Part shown: positions 52,727 to 63,497 of the stretch, piece after piece
Layout: each line of letters begins with the position of its first letter
How positions within the stretch are numbered: position 1 is the stretch's first letter
Assembly (NCBI RefSeq): GCF_006345805.1
Contig: NC_043000.1
Location: 163,742,001 to 163,806,000, forward strand
Direction of reading: 5' to 3'
DNA length: 64,000 bases
Source: Octopus sinensis
Lineage: Eukaryota
Position numbers and translations under genes: made by a program
The notes under the pieces: model-generated
What the model was told of the DNA's origin: nothing
What the model saw: the letters and a program-made list of their open reading frames with translations, nothing else
Databases searched by the model: none

Positions 52727-54983
52727 AGTCAGTAGTTTTATTTTTATAGCGTGCTTTCACTTCACTACCGAGCGCAGCTCTGTGTGCCTTGGGTATGTGC
52801 TGTGATTTGTTGTGATGCTCTGATGGTTATTGTATGGAAAGTGTTCTGCGTAGGATGTGTGCAGTGCCTGGTAGTGCAATTTTCTGTATGTTATATGTGT
52901 TTGTAAGTCCTGGTGTTTTTGTTATGTATTTATCTGAATATTTTTTATCATGCCTAATGCACCTACTATGATAGGAATTGTTTCTGTTTTCAGATTCCAC
53001 ATTCTAGTTACCTCTATTTCCAGGTCTTTGTATTTTGAGAGTTTCTCCATTTCTTTTAGAGACACGTTGTCATCTGCCGGTATTGATACATCAATTAGAA
53101 AGCATTTTTTTCTTCATGATCTCTGACAACTATATCTGGTCTGTTGGCCTTAATTTCTCTATCTGTGTGTATCGGCATATCCCAGAGTATGGTTGCTTTC
53201 TCGTTTTCTGTGACCTTTTCTGGTGTGTGCCTATACCATCTTTTTTCTGTTGTTATTCCATAATGTTGGCATAGCTTCCAATGTATGTAGGTTCCAACTC
53301 TGTCATGTCTGTGAATATATTCCTTCTTAGCCAGGACTGGGCAGCTAGAGATAATATGATTTATTGTTTCTTGTCCATCTCCACATATTCTGCAGTTACT
53401 TGTAATATTTCTTTTCATTACATGTTTTTGGTAATTTCTGGTGGGGAGGCTTTGGTCTTGTGCTGCAATTAAAAATCCCTCTGTTTCTGCTTTGAGTCCT
53501 GAGCTTCTCAACCATTGCTGGGATTTTTCTTTGTCTATTTCTTTTGCGTTTAGTTTAGTGCAGTATTTACCATGAAGGGGCTTTTCTTGCCATCGTTTTA
53601 TCATGGTTCGTTGCTGTTCTATTTTTAGTTTGGATTTCATTTGTTTTATAGCTTTTGTTGTTTCTTCATCTTCTTCTTCTTCATGTTATTAGGTGGTATG
53701 ATTCTTGTTTGTATTTGTCAGCTTCCTTAAATACTGAGAACAGTTTTTTGTTTTGCTCGTGTTTTGCTGCTATCTGGATCAGTTTTCCTTCCTTCTGAAG
53801 TAGATATTTTTGCAGTCCTATGGTGGTTATTTTATAGTAGTTTTCCAGCTGTATAAGGCCTCTACCACCTTCTATACGTTGTATATATAGTCTTTCTATG
53901 TCAGATTTTGGGTGATGCATCCTAGATCCTGTCAGTATTTTTCTTGTTTTCCTATCTATTTTGGTCAGTTCATTTCGTGTCCAGTTAAGGATATTGTAGC
54001 TGTAACTTATAACTGGGACAGCTAAAGTGTTGATACCTATTATCTTGTTTTTAGCATTGAGCTCTGTTTTTAGTATTGATCTAACTCGTCTATAATATTC
54101 TTTTTTTATTTTCTCTTTCATTGTGTGTGTTGTGTCTTATCTAGTTCATGGATTCCTAAGTATTTGTAAGTTTGGCTTTGGTCTAATTCTTTTATTTCAT
54201 TGGTTTTATCTAGTGTGATGTTGTTACTCTTAACTAGTTTTCCTCTTTTCATGGTTACTTTGGCGCATTTTTCTAATCCAAATTTCATATCTATTTCTTT
54301 GGTAAATCCATGAACTGTTTTTATAGTGTTTCCAGCTGTTTGTCATTTGCAGCGTATAGTTTTAGGTCATCCATATATAAAAGGTGGCTGATCGTTTTGC
54401 CGTAACATTTATATCCGCATCCAGTTCTATTTAGCATATCAGATAGAGGTGACAGTGCCAAGCAGAAAAGGAGTGGAGAGAGCGTGTCTCCCTGGAATAT
54501 TCCTCTCCTAATGGGGATGTCTTTGGTTTTCATGAGTCCCTCTTTTGTTTGGAGGTGTAGGACTGTTTGCCATTTATTCATAGAGTGCTCTATGAATTTT
54601 ATGATTGTTGGTGCTACTTTGTTAATGGCTAGTGTTTCGAGGATCCATGTGTGGGGTATGCTATCAAACGCCTTTTTGTAGTCAATCCAGGCCATACTGA
54701 GGCCTTTCTTCTTTCTGTGGCTGTCTTCAGTTACGGCTTTATTAATCATTAGTTGATCTTTACAGCCATATGAGCCCTTGCGGCATCCTTTCTGCTCTTC
54801 TGGGAACAGTTTGTTTTCGTCCAGGTGCTTGTTCAGCCTTTGCGATATCACTGCAGTAAATGCCTTGAACATAGTAGGGAGGCAGGTTATTGGTCTGTAG
54901 TTTTCTGGTTTTGTTGTTTCATTTGATTTGGGAATTAAGATGGTTTTCCCCTTCGTGAGCCATTCAGGCATTGTCTCTGGCTC

Positions 54984-54984
<1 letters not shown>
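52727..54984 (-). mobile_element. 5'-truncated R4/Dong-clade LINE: RT, CCHC knuckle, restriction-like endonuclease, 3' UTR (about 4 frameshifts)
   Basis: NYRPITCLPTMFK, AWIDYKKAFDSIPHTWI, RGIFQGDTLSPLLF, YMDD at 54366-54377, YKYLGI, CRICGDGQETINHIISSC, RPDIVVRD..LIDVSIP..KEMEKLSKYKDL. Confidence 0.97.

Positions 54985-55067
<83 letters not shown>
54985..55067. repeat. Palindromic microsatellite (AAT)~19-20 followed by (ATT)8
   Basis: Inversion centre aat|att at 55043/55044. Confidence 0.95.
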
Positions 55068-55068
<1 letters not shown>

Positions 55069-56321
55069 CTTTTTTTTTCTCTTTCAAATTTGCTTCCATT
55101 TCTTGCCGAGTGTCTTCCCGACTCCTTGGGCAAAGAAACTCATAGTACACACCGGTAGGCCATCAAACCAAACTCAATAGTTCGTTTTTTTAAAGTTAAA
55201 TTAAAATACATGAGCAGCAACAGTTCTCACATCGACAATGCTCTTCTCAATACGTGTGATGTACCAGTTAAAACAATCTTTTGCACTTCTTGCAGGGATG
55301 GTAAGCCAGGGATCATTCTCATATAATTTTCGGTTCCCTTCTTGATCATTCCTAGTGCTCCTACGATCACTGGTATTGTAACCGCCTTGAGATGCCACAT
55401 TTTCTCAATTTCAATGAGTAGGTTTTTATATTTTCTGAGCTTGTCAAACTCTTTCGCTGAGATATTATGATCACAGGGGATGCTCATGTCGATCAATAAG
55501 CAAACTTTATTGTTTTGGTCTTTCACAACAATATCTGGTTTATTGGCCTTGATGGTTCGGTCTGTATGTACTGGAAAGTCCCACAGAATGGTTACATTTT
55601 CTCCTTCAGTTACAGCCTCAGGGTGGTGATTATACCACTTGCCGGCAGTTTTGATATTGTAATGCCGACTTATTAGCCAGTGTAGATATTGGCCAACTCT
55701 GTCATGTCTTAATTTATACTCCACTGGTGCTAAGACTTTACATCCAGAGATTAAGTGGTCCACTGTTTCAATCATGTCGTTGCAGAATCGGCATTTTGGG
55801 TCTGCTCCATTTTTCATCACATTGGCCTGGTAGTTCCGGGTTAATAGGCTTTGATCTTGAGCAGCCAGGATGAAACCTTCGCTCTCTGCTTTTAGCCCTG
55901 AGCTCCATAGCCACTGATGGGTTTGCTTCTGGTCAACATCAGCTTGTTTGCTGCGGGACACATATTTGCCGTGCAGAGGTTTCTCCTCCCACCTATCAGC
56001 CAATTGCTCGTGCGCTTTTTTCGTTGCCATTATTGTCACCTTCTTTGCAACAATAGTTGCCATACTTCCCTCTTTTTTCGTTGCCATTATTTTCACCTTC
56101 TTTGCAACAATAGTTGCCATACTTCCTTTGGGTTGTTCAGTTTGGGTATCCTGCACGAGATCAATAGCAAATTTTTTGCTTTCCTTTATGATAGAATGAA
56201 GCTTCTTTCGTCTCTCGTGATTTTCCACGAGCTTTAGCATCCAGTCATTCGTTATTTCAAGATATTTGGCCAGTCCAATTGTGGTTGTTTTGTAAGCTAG
56301 TTCAAATTGGATCAGGCCTCG
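55068..56321 (-). mobile_element. 5'-truncated R4/Dong-clade LINE of a second subfamily; open frame from the post-RT region through knuckle and RLE
   Basis: RGLIQFELAYK...WEEKPLHGKY...CRFCNDMIETVDHLISGC...KPDIVVKD..LLIDMSIP..KEFDKLRKYKNL...LRRALSM* (stop 55227). 3' end abuts (AAT)n on the element strand. Confidence 0.97.
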
Positions 56322-57361
56322 CATCATCATCATCATCATCATCATCATCACAATCCTCATCATTATTAGCATCATGAGGAAGAGTCTTTTCTAGAATTTA
56401 CTTTTCATCTCACGGTGGTAAACGACAAAATGGGCTTCATTCATGTATGAAAATAAGTTAAGTCGAATGCATCAATTACCAAAATGTACCGAAGTTGAAA
56501 AATTACTATTAATAGCACTGTTGCTGCGCCGAAAACTATGCGATCGGATTCGTTCGTGTCACCATCTTGTATAAATACCCACCAGTTTCATACATTTTAT
56601 GTCTAAATTTAAATGCATATATTAAAAACATTGCAACTGAGAGGCCTCAAGGTAACTATCTCAACCGACCATATTTTAGAGGATATAAAATTGCGAAAAA
56701 TGAGATTAGTTGTCAGGAAAATAGAAACTACACCACACCCAGTTTGATAGTTTCTACTTATGCTTTTTTTTCATAGCTTCCTGTTATAAAACTTGTTCCT
56801 CCTCAACTCCCTCAGAAGTTGCTGCGTTGTATTGTATGACATTTCTTCGCAACAGATCTACCTTGACCCGAAGTTATTTAGAGCAAATCGCTAAACATCA
56901 ACTGTTGCTAAATATTTTATTGCATATCTCCGGTGGCTGGTATCACGGTGTGATCGACGAGAGAAGTTGCATCTAAGTTTCCATTACGATTTGGAAATAG
57001 TTTTATTTTGGTGTTTTGCGTCGTATTTTTCTGTAAATGCATTTGACGCAGAGTATTGCCTCAAAGATATTTGGTTAAGATCCTCTTTATTATTTGGTCT
57101 TTTTTTGTCTTATAACGAACACAGAGAAACGAGAATATTCGATGGAACTCACAAATAGATGAAGCTATAAATAGTTGCACCCACACACAAAGTCTCCGAT
57201 GCTCGAAGTTGCGAAACGCTGGAAGTGCAAAATTTGAAATTTCTGCTTTGATGAAAATATTTTAAGAATTTTCCTTCAGTATTATGTTCCCTCTTTCCTA
57301 TTTCCTACTTACTTGTGTTTCCACACGCACGCATGCACGCAAGTATGCATGCGCGCGCGCG

Positions 57362-57405
<44 letters not shown>

Positions 57406-58033
57406 GACGCATATATATATAGAGAGAATGGTTGTACACTGTCAATCTAACAAGAACGTGTCACGTTCTTGTTAGATTGACAGTATACAACCATTCTATC
57501 GCCCCACCACCGTACATGTCTCTACGAGAGATTTAAAAATTCAATATTTCTTATATATATATATATGTATGTATGTATGTATATATAAGGCAGGATGTGT
57601 GCGTGTACGTGAATGTTGTTTATGCACATCCATAAATTAGCACACATGTCGTTCAAATTTTAGGAGGACATTCGTCACGATTCTAGCTGTATTATCGTCA
57701 AATTATTTTCCCCCGATGCACCCGCGAATAGAGAAATCCACTGTAGTGACGCCATTATTGTTTACAAAACATGAATTAAGTCCCCTTCTAGCGACGGTGT
57801 AAAGAGAGGGAGGGAGAGGGAGAGGGAGAGAGAGAGAGGGAGAGAGAAAGAGGGGAGAGAGAGAGAGAGAGAGATAACAGATTTTTAAAATTTCGTCTTT
57901 ACTGAGTGATTGACAGGCAAAAACAGACAGACAGGTGTTGTTATGTATGCATGTATGTACGTGTGAATGGCTTCAATCACACACACGAGCATGTATGCGT
58001 ACAAAACACATGCAAACAATGTGTGTATTGACC

Positions 58034-58074
<41 letters not shown>

Positions 58075-58224
58075 ATATAAACGCTATTCTCTGTTTCTCC
58101 ACAACTAATTTCCAAATTAGCTGAATCCGTTGCTCTGCTCATAACGATATATAGCGGGTCGTGCGTGAATGTTTGGGCGTGTTGCGCAGTTTACTGTAAA
58201 TATCTTCTAGATTTCAGCTGCATT

Positions 58225-58278
58225 GACACTCTACATGTATGTATGTATGTATGTATGTATGTATGGATGGATGGATGG

Positions 58279-58313
<35 letters not shown>

Positions 58314-58500
58314 TATGTATGTATGGATGGATGGATGGATGGATGGATGGATGGATGGATGGATGGATGGATGGATGGATGGATGGATGGATGGATGGAT
58401 GGATGAATGGATGGATGGATGGATGGATGGATGGATGGATGGATGGATGGATGGATGGATGGACGGACGGATGGATAGATGGATGTATATATATGTATGT
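58225..58500. repeat. (TGTA)n(TGGA)n microsatellite
   Basis: Directly visible; explains the MDGW/IHPS ORFs. Confidence 0.95.
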
Positions 58501-59464
58501 ATGTTCCTCGATGGATTTTTCGAATTCCATGATATTGATGGGAGAATTGAAATATTTTCCAACGAAGGACCTTCTCACCATTCATCCCTAACTCACATCG
58601 CAAAGTAATTTTGACATCTCATCATAACTTGTACGTTATACTTTATATTTACTAATGAATATATCTGTGTGTGTGTGTGTGTCTATATATGTGAATGTGT
58701 GTATATGCGTGTGAGTGTGTGTGTGTGTGTGTGGCGGAATGGAGGAGACGAGCGTACATTGATGCAATCTCTGGTACAAGGGAAAGATGAGTAAAAGGAA
58801 GAGTTGCGTTTGGGAATGTTTCCATTGCACTTGTTATGATTAGCCACCTACCTGGTGGCAAGGTTACAAATAAAATGAACTTCTTACTGCTTCATTAATA
58901 TTCGTGTTGTTATGTTGTTTGCATCTGAGTATTTACAGCAGTATGTGGCGTTTTGTCGAATGTATGCTTGGCTATATTTGAAAAAAAAAATTATGTATAT
59001 ATATTCTTGTACTTATACACCCACCCCATCTGACGGCTGTTTCATTCAGTCATTAATGAACTTTCCATGAATTCAGATTCTTTTTACCCAGGATTTTTCC
59101 TTTGGATTTCATTTATTTAATGTTTTCCGCCTCTCTGTCACTGTCGGAAACTTCTGAAGTTATGAATAAAAAAAAAGAGAGATCGAACGCAATAATATTT
59201 TTATTTCTATGTTGTTTTCCCTCTTTTTTGTTTTGTGTGTGTGTGTGTGTTTGTGTGTGCGCGCATGCGCGTGCACGCGTGTATATGTGTGCGTCTGTGT
59301 GTTGTTCCTCCGTTTCCTTTACTGAACAATTTGTATTGTATGCAGTAAATTGTGAAAAGAAAATTACTTGTGGATGATTAAAATTTCTCGGTCATTTAAG
59401 CCTGAATATTTTACTGTAACACACACTAAAAAGAACCACGATTGAAATGTATAAGATATACAAT

Positions 59465-59629
59465 AGGTGCAGACGTGGCTCTGTGGGGGAAAAAAACTTG
59501 CTTCCCAACCACATGGCTACAGGTTCAGTCTCACTGCGTTATACCTTGGGCGAGTGTCTTCTCCTATAGCCTCGGGCCGATCAAAGCTTTGGTGTAGATT
59601 TGGTAGTGAGAAACTGAAAGAAGCCCGTA

Positions 59630-59671
<42 letters not shown>

Positions 59672-59885
59672 ATATATATATGAAGTGTGTGTGTTTCCCG
59701 CCATCGCTTGACAACGGATGCTGGTATGTTTAGATACACGTAATTTTGAGGTTCGTCAAAAAAGTTCGATAGAATAAGTACTAGGCTTACAAATAATAAG
59801 TCCTGGGGTCGGTTTCTTCGACTAAATCTCTTTAAAGTGTACTCCAGCATAGGCGCGATCAAATGACTGAAGCAAGTAAAAGACT
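59465..59885 (+). mobile_element. Family A SINE (more diverged)
   Basis: ggtgcagacgtggctctgtgg..ggttcagtctcactgcg..ccttgggcgagtgtc..caaatgactgaagcaagtaaaag. Confidence 0.9.
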
Positions 59886-60079
59886 ACGATTTGACAGAGG
59901 ATCGAATGCTTTCGTTATTTCTTCAAGAATTTTGTTCTCTTAATTCAAATCCCAACAATGTAGAATTTGCATTTCACCCTTGCAGAGCCGATAAAGTATC
60001 ACTTCAGTATTACAGTCGATCCTTCGTATTCTTTTCTCCCTTTGGAGAAAAGAATACGAAGAACTGTAGAGGGATGAAT

Positions 60080-60350
60080 TCCAACTGCTTTAAAATGTCC
60101 ATGGTACACCTTACGTTTCGACAGTGCTCCTTCCGATTGGTTATCGGAAAGTCTATGTAAACTTTACACATAGTTTGGAGGAGAGAATGGTGGAAATCGC
60201 TCTGATCTACAGGAAGTTGTTGAAGCCAAGATATGATTATTTTCGACATGGAGACACAAGATATGAAACGTGGGCGTAGCTTTATGATCCGGAAACGATG
60301 TTTCACTCCATGGAATAGCATCATATCTCTTTTCCAGAGCCTAAGCATTT
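60080..60350 (-). mobile_element. Possible decayed C-terminus of a Transib/Chapaev-like (RAG1-related) DDE transposase
   Basis: KATPTFHILCLHVE and, after a frameshift, QSDFHHSLLQTMCKVY resemble the TPK.H....H...EQ..ES.HH.F pattern. Weak, by-eye match. Confidence 0.3.
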
Positions 60351-60369
60351 CAAAAGTTAATGATCAGTA

Positions 60370-60566
60370 CAGAATCGTTAGCACGCCGGATAAAATTATT
60401 TGCAGTATTTCTTCCGGCTTTTCGTTCTGAGTTCCAATTCAACTGAGGTCGACTTTGCCTATCTTTCTTTCGGGGTCGATGAAATATGTACCAGTTGTAT
60501 AGTGGGGTCGATATAATCAACTTACTGCTCCCCCGAAATTGCTGGCCTTGTGCCAAAATTTTATAC

Positions 60567-60618
<52 letters not shown>
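60370..60618 (+). mobile_element. Family B SINE with (ATT)n tail
   Basis: cagaatcgttagcacgccgg...gttctgagttccaattcaactgaggtcgactttgcc...aaaattttataccattattatt. Confidence 0.9.
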
Positions 60619-60991
60619 GAGTGAGAGAGCAGTGCATGTCATCAAAGTGACACTGGGGTAAAATATACGAAGCCCAGTATACTCATCATGACTATCTGTC
60701 CGATAAGGGTACACTAGGCACATGCATCACAACCATGGTGATCTCATATCAAGGTAAACAGCACATGACCTTGCAGGTGGAGCCCGGTTAGAATTTTCTT
60801 CTGGTCGAGTAACCCCATCCCGCTCAAAAGGTCCCTGAATAAGGGTTGTTTAAGGATGTTGAACAAAATATCCATGTTTCCAGAGGTGAATTATTCAAAC
60901 CCCAAAGAATCCCTCTCGACACACGGCTATGATGGTTCCCCCACTACTTCTGCTCGTGATCAGAGATGCACATATCGTCAGCCACTAAGGG
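60619..60991 (-). repeat. Unclassified interspersed retroposon-like segment (family D here), bounded by (AAT)n at its presumed 3' end and (CCA)n at the 5' end
   Basis: Complex 370-bp segment between two microsatellites; orientation inferred from the tail. Confidence 0.45.
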
Positions 60992-61172
60992 ACATGGTGG
61001 CAACAGTGGTGGCGGTGGTGGCAACGGTGATGGCAGTGATGGCAACGGTGGTGGTGGTAGTGGTGGTGGTGGTGGTGGTGGTGGCAATGGTGGTGGTGGT
61101 GGTGGTAGTGGTAGTGGCAATGGTGGTAGTGGTAGTTGCTTTCGTGGTGGTGGTGGTGGTGGTCGTCGTCGT
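60992..61172. repeat. (GGT/GGC)n-rich microsatellite
   Basis: Directly visible. Confidence 0.95.
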
Positions 61173-61454
61173 ATGATTTGGAAGAAAGAGGAGAGTCCAC
61201 GGTCAATAGTGATTATGAAAGCGACGACGAAAACATAGCAGTCAGAAAGCAACTGCAACCACAAATTTTCACTGATAAACATTATTCAATTAATGTGCAC
61301 CAGAGAAAATTTGTGATTGTAGTCGCCTACTGACTTCTATTTTTAGCGTGCTGGTACTATATGTAGTACCCTTAATTATTAATTATGTATGTATATATAT
61401 ATATATATATATATATAAATTAATAGCAGCTGTTTCCAATATCATACCGTAAGA

Positions 61455-61680
61455 AGGCGACGAGCTGGCAAACACGTTAACACGCCAGGCGAAATGCATA
61501 ACAGTATTTCGTCTGTCTTTACCTTCTGAGTTCAAATTCTGCCGAGGTTGACTTTACCTTTCATCATTTCGGGGTTCGATAAATTAAGTACCATTTGTGT
61601 ACTGGGGTCGATATAATCGACTGGCCCCTTCCCAAATATTTCGAGCCTTGTGCCTGGAATAGAAAATAATATTATACCGT
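61455..61680 (+). mobile_element. Family B SINE, near full length
   Basis: ggcgacgagctggcaaacacgttaa...ctgagttcaaattctgccgaggttgactttacctttcatcatttcgggg..gataaattaagtacc. Confidence 0.92.
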
Positions 61681-61810
61681 AAAGGAAAAAAAAAATAGTC
61701 GTCAGGAATTTGACTAAAGGTGTGAATAACACCTACTTCGCTAGAAATAGGAGCTAAAATGCTCAAATAAAGCATATAACACATTCTCTGATATGAGTCG
61801 CAATCACCCC

Positions 61811-61896
61811 AAACACCGAACCGAGAATTCCTGAGACTGTCCGACCAGTTTCGGCTATTTCCGTAGCCATCATCAGTAAGGTTAGCTCGTTCGGTT
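61811..61896 (-). ncRNA. Type I minimal hammerhead ribozyme motif
   Basis: Minus strand: CTGATGA (61876-61870)-t-ggcta-cggaaa-tagcc-GAAAC-tg-GTC (61845-61843), enclosed by an outer stem accgaac-gag / ctcggttcggt. Proximal stem I is poor. Confidence 0.65.
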
Positions 61897-62604
61897 GATT
61901 TCGGGCTACCTCGCGTATCAGAGTATATATATTGATGATAGTTATATATGGATGGTTTAGCAGATCGTTAATGTGTATACAAAAAATGATGATGGTGCGG
62001 CTAATAATGCCGTGGTTATTTGGTGATTGCCCTCCTTTATTCCTGTTGACCCCTTTTCTTCGCTGTCGTCGTCGTCGTCATGACTATTAACCGTCGTTGT
62101 TGCCGGTGTTTTTTTTTTTTTTTTTTTTTTGCCGTTGCCGAATTTGTTACCCACACCGCCGTCGCTGGTGGCAATGTTTGAGATGGTGTTATTCTTCAGA
62201 TAGTAAATCTTATACAAATTCTTGGCATGCAATGACGCTTCTTGGTACGTACGGAAACATCTTTACAAACCGACCGACCCACAAACCCAGCGGTTTGTAT
62301 TACAGTGACCTTTCCACTTATCACAGTCGTACTGGTGTCCCGTAGCGGCCGACATAAAGATGGGAAATTTTGCACTGCTTGTGTATGAATTAATGCGCAC
62401 ACACACAGATATACGTTCACACAGAGATGTACGAACAGATATGTGTATCTCTGTATATATATATATATGCAGAATGAATGTATGTATGAATAAATGCTAA
62501 CATATATTTAGCTAATATATGTTTCTATATATATAACACACAAACATTCACACGTATACATATGAACATATGTATGTTAGATTGCTTGTATACATACATA
62601 TATA

Positions 62605-62649
<45 letters not shown>

Positions 62650-62802
62650 ATAAGTGTATATATATATGTGTATATATATGTATGTATATATATGTGTATA
62701 TATATATATATATGTATATATATATGTATGTATATATGTATATATATATACATATGTGTATTTGTATATATGTATATATATACATATAGATACACACACA
62801 CA

Positions 62803-63137
62803 CAGGGTGTTCGGGCTAAATTTGACAGTTTGCATAAAAGTAGAAGAAAACACAATGTCCTATCCAATATAAAAGTATTTTAAAAGGTCAAACAATACCA
62901 ACAATATCAAGACGGTTTTTGGAACCTGGCGCATGCGTTCGTTACGGTCCCTGGGAAGATCTTCGAGCAACTCCTGGATCTTGACCATCAGCTCGGTTTT
63001 GGTGTTGCAAGTAGAACGGTTGGTGTTTTTCTCCATCCTCCACACACATAGTAATTCATGGGATTACAGTCAGGGAGGTTGCGAGAACAGAAATATGGGC
63101 TGGGGAAGTCATAGAAATTCTTCGACAACCACTTCTG
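62803..63137 (-). mobile_element. Tc1/mariner (DD37D/maT-like) transposase C-terminus plus right TIR
   Basis: QKWLSKNFYDFPSPYFCSRNLPDCNPMNYYVC (W.P.SPD.NP.DY..W motif), then EKNTNRSTCNTKTELMVKIQE; terminus cagggtgttcgggctaaatttga at 62803. Confidence 0.8.
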
Positions 63138-63256
63138 ACTATTTCCAGTTGTACATTATTTGCACAACGTTTCGGCTGATATACCCTCCAGCCATCATCA
63201 GATGTCTTGGGGAAATTTTGAACCTGGGTCCTCATTCCTAAGTGTATTCTTTGATG

Positions 63257-63318
<62 letters not shown>

Positions 63319-63324
63319 GTTGTT

Positions 63325-63355
<31 letters not shown>

Positions 63356-63444
63356 TTATTATTATTATTATTATCATTATGCAGGTCACTACCTGGAATC
63401 TTGGGGTTAGTAGCCCGCGCTCTTAACCACAACGCCATATGCCC
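63138..63444 (-). mobile_element. Cassette: tRNA-like head + (AAT/AAC)n + hammerhead, inverted relative to the adjacent PLE RT
   Basis: Minus strand: gggcatatggcgttgtggttaagagcgcgggctactaacccc (63444-63403), microsatellite 63255-63380, then the hammerhead. Confidence 0.7.
63163..63206 (-). ncRNA. Type I minimal hammerhead ribozyme motif
   Basis: gacat-CTGATGA (63201-63195)-t-ggctg-gagggtatat-cagcc-GAAAC-GTT-gtg. ACGT palindrome for a dimeric stem III; stem I cat/gtg. Confidence 0.7.
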
Positions 63445-63497
63445 GTGGGTAATTATGGAGTGAATTTCAGGGCTTATAAATCTAAAACTTATAAACT

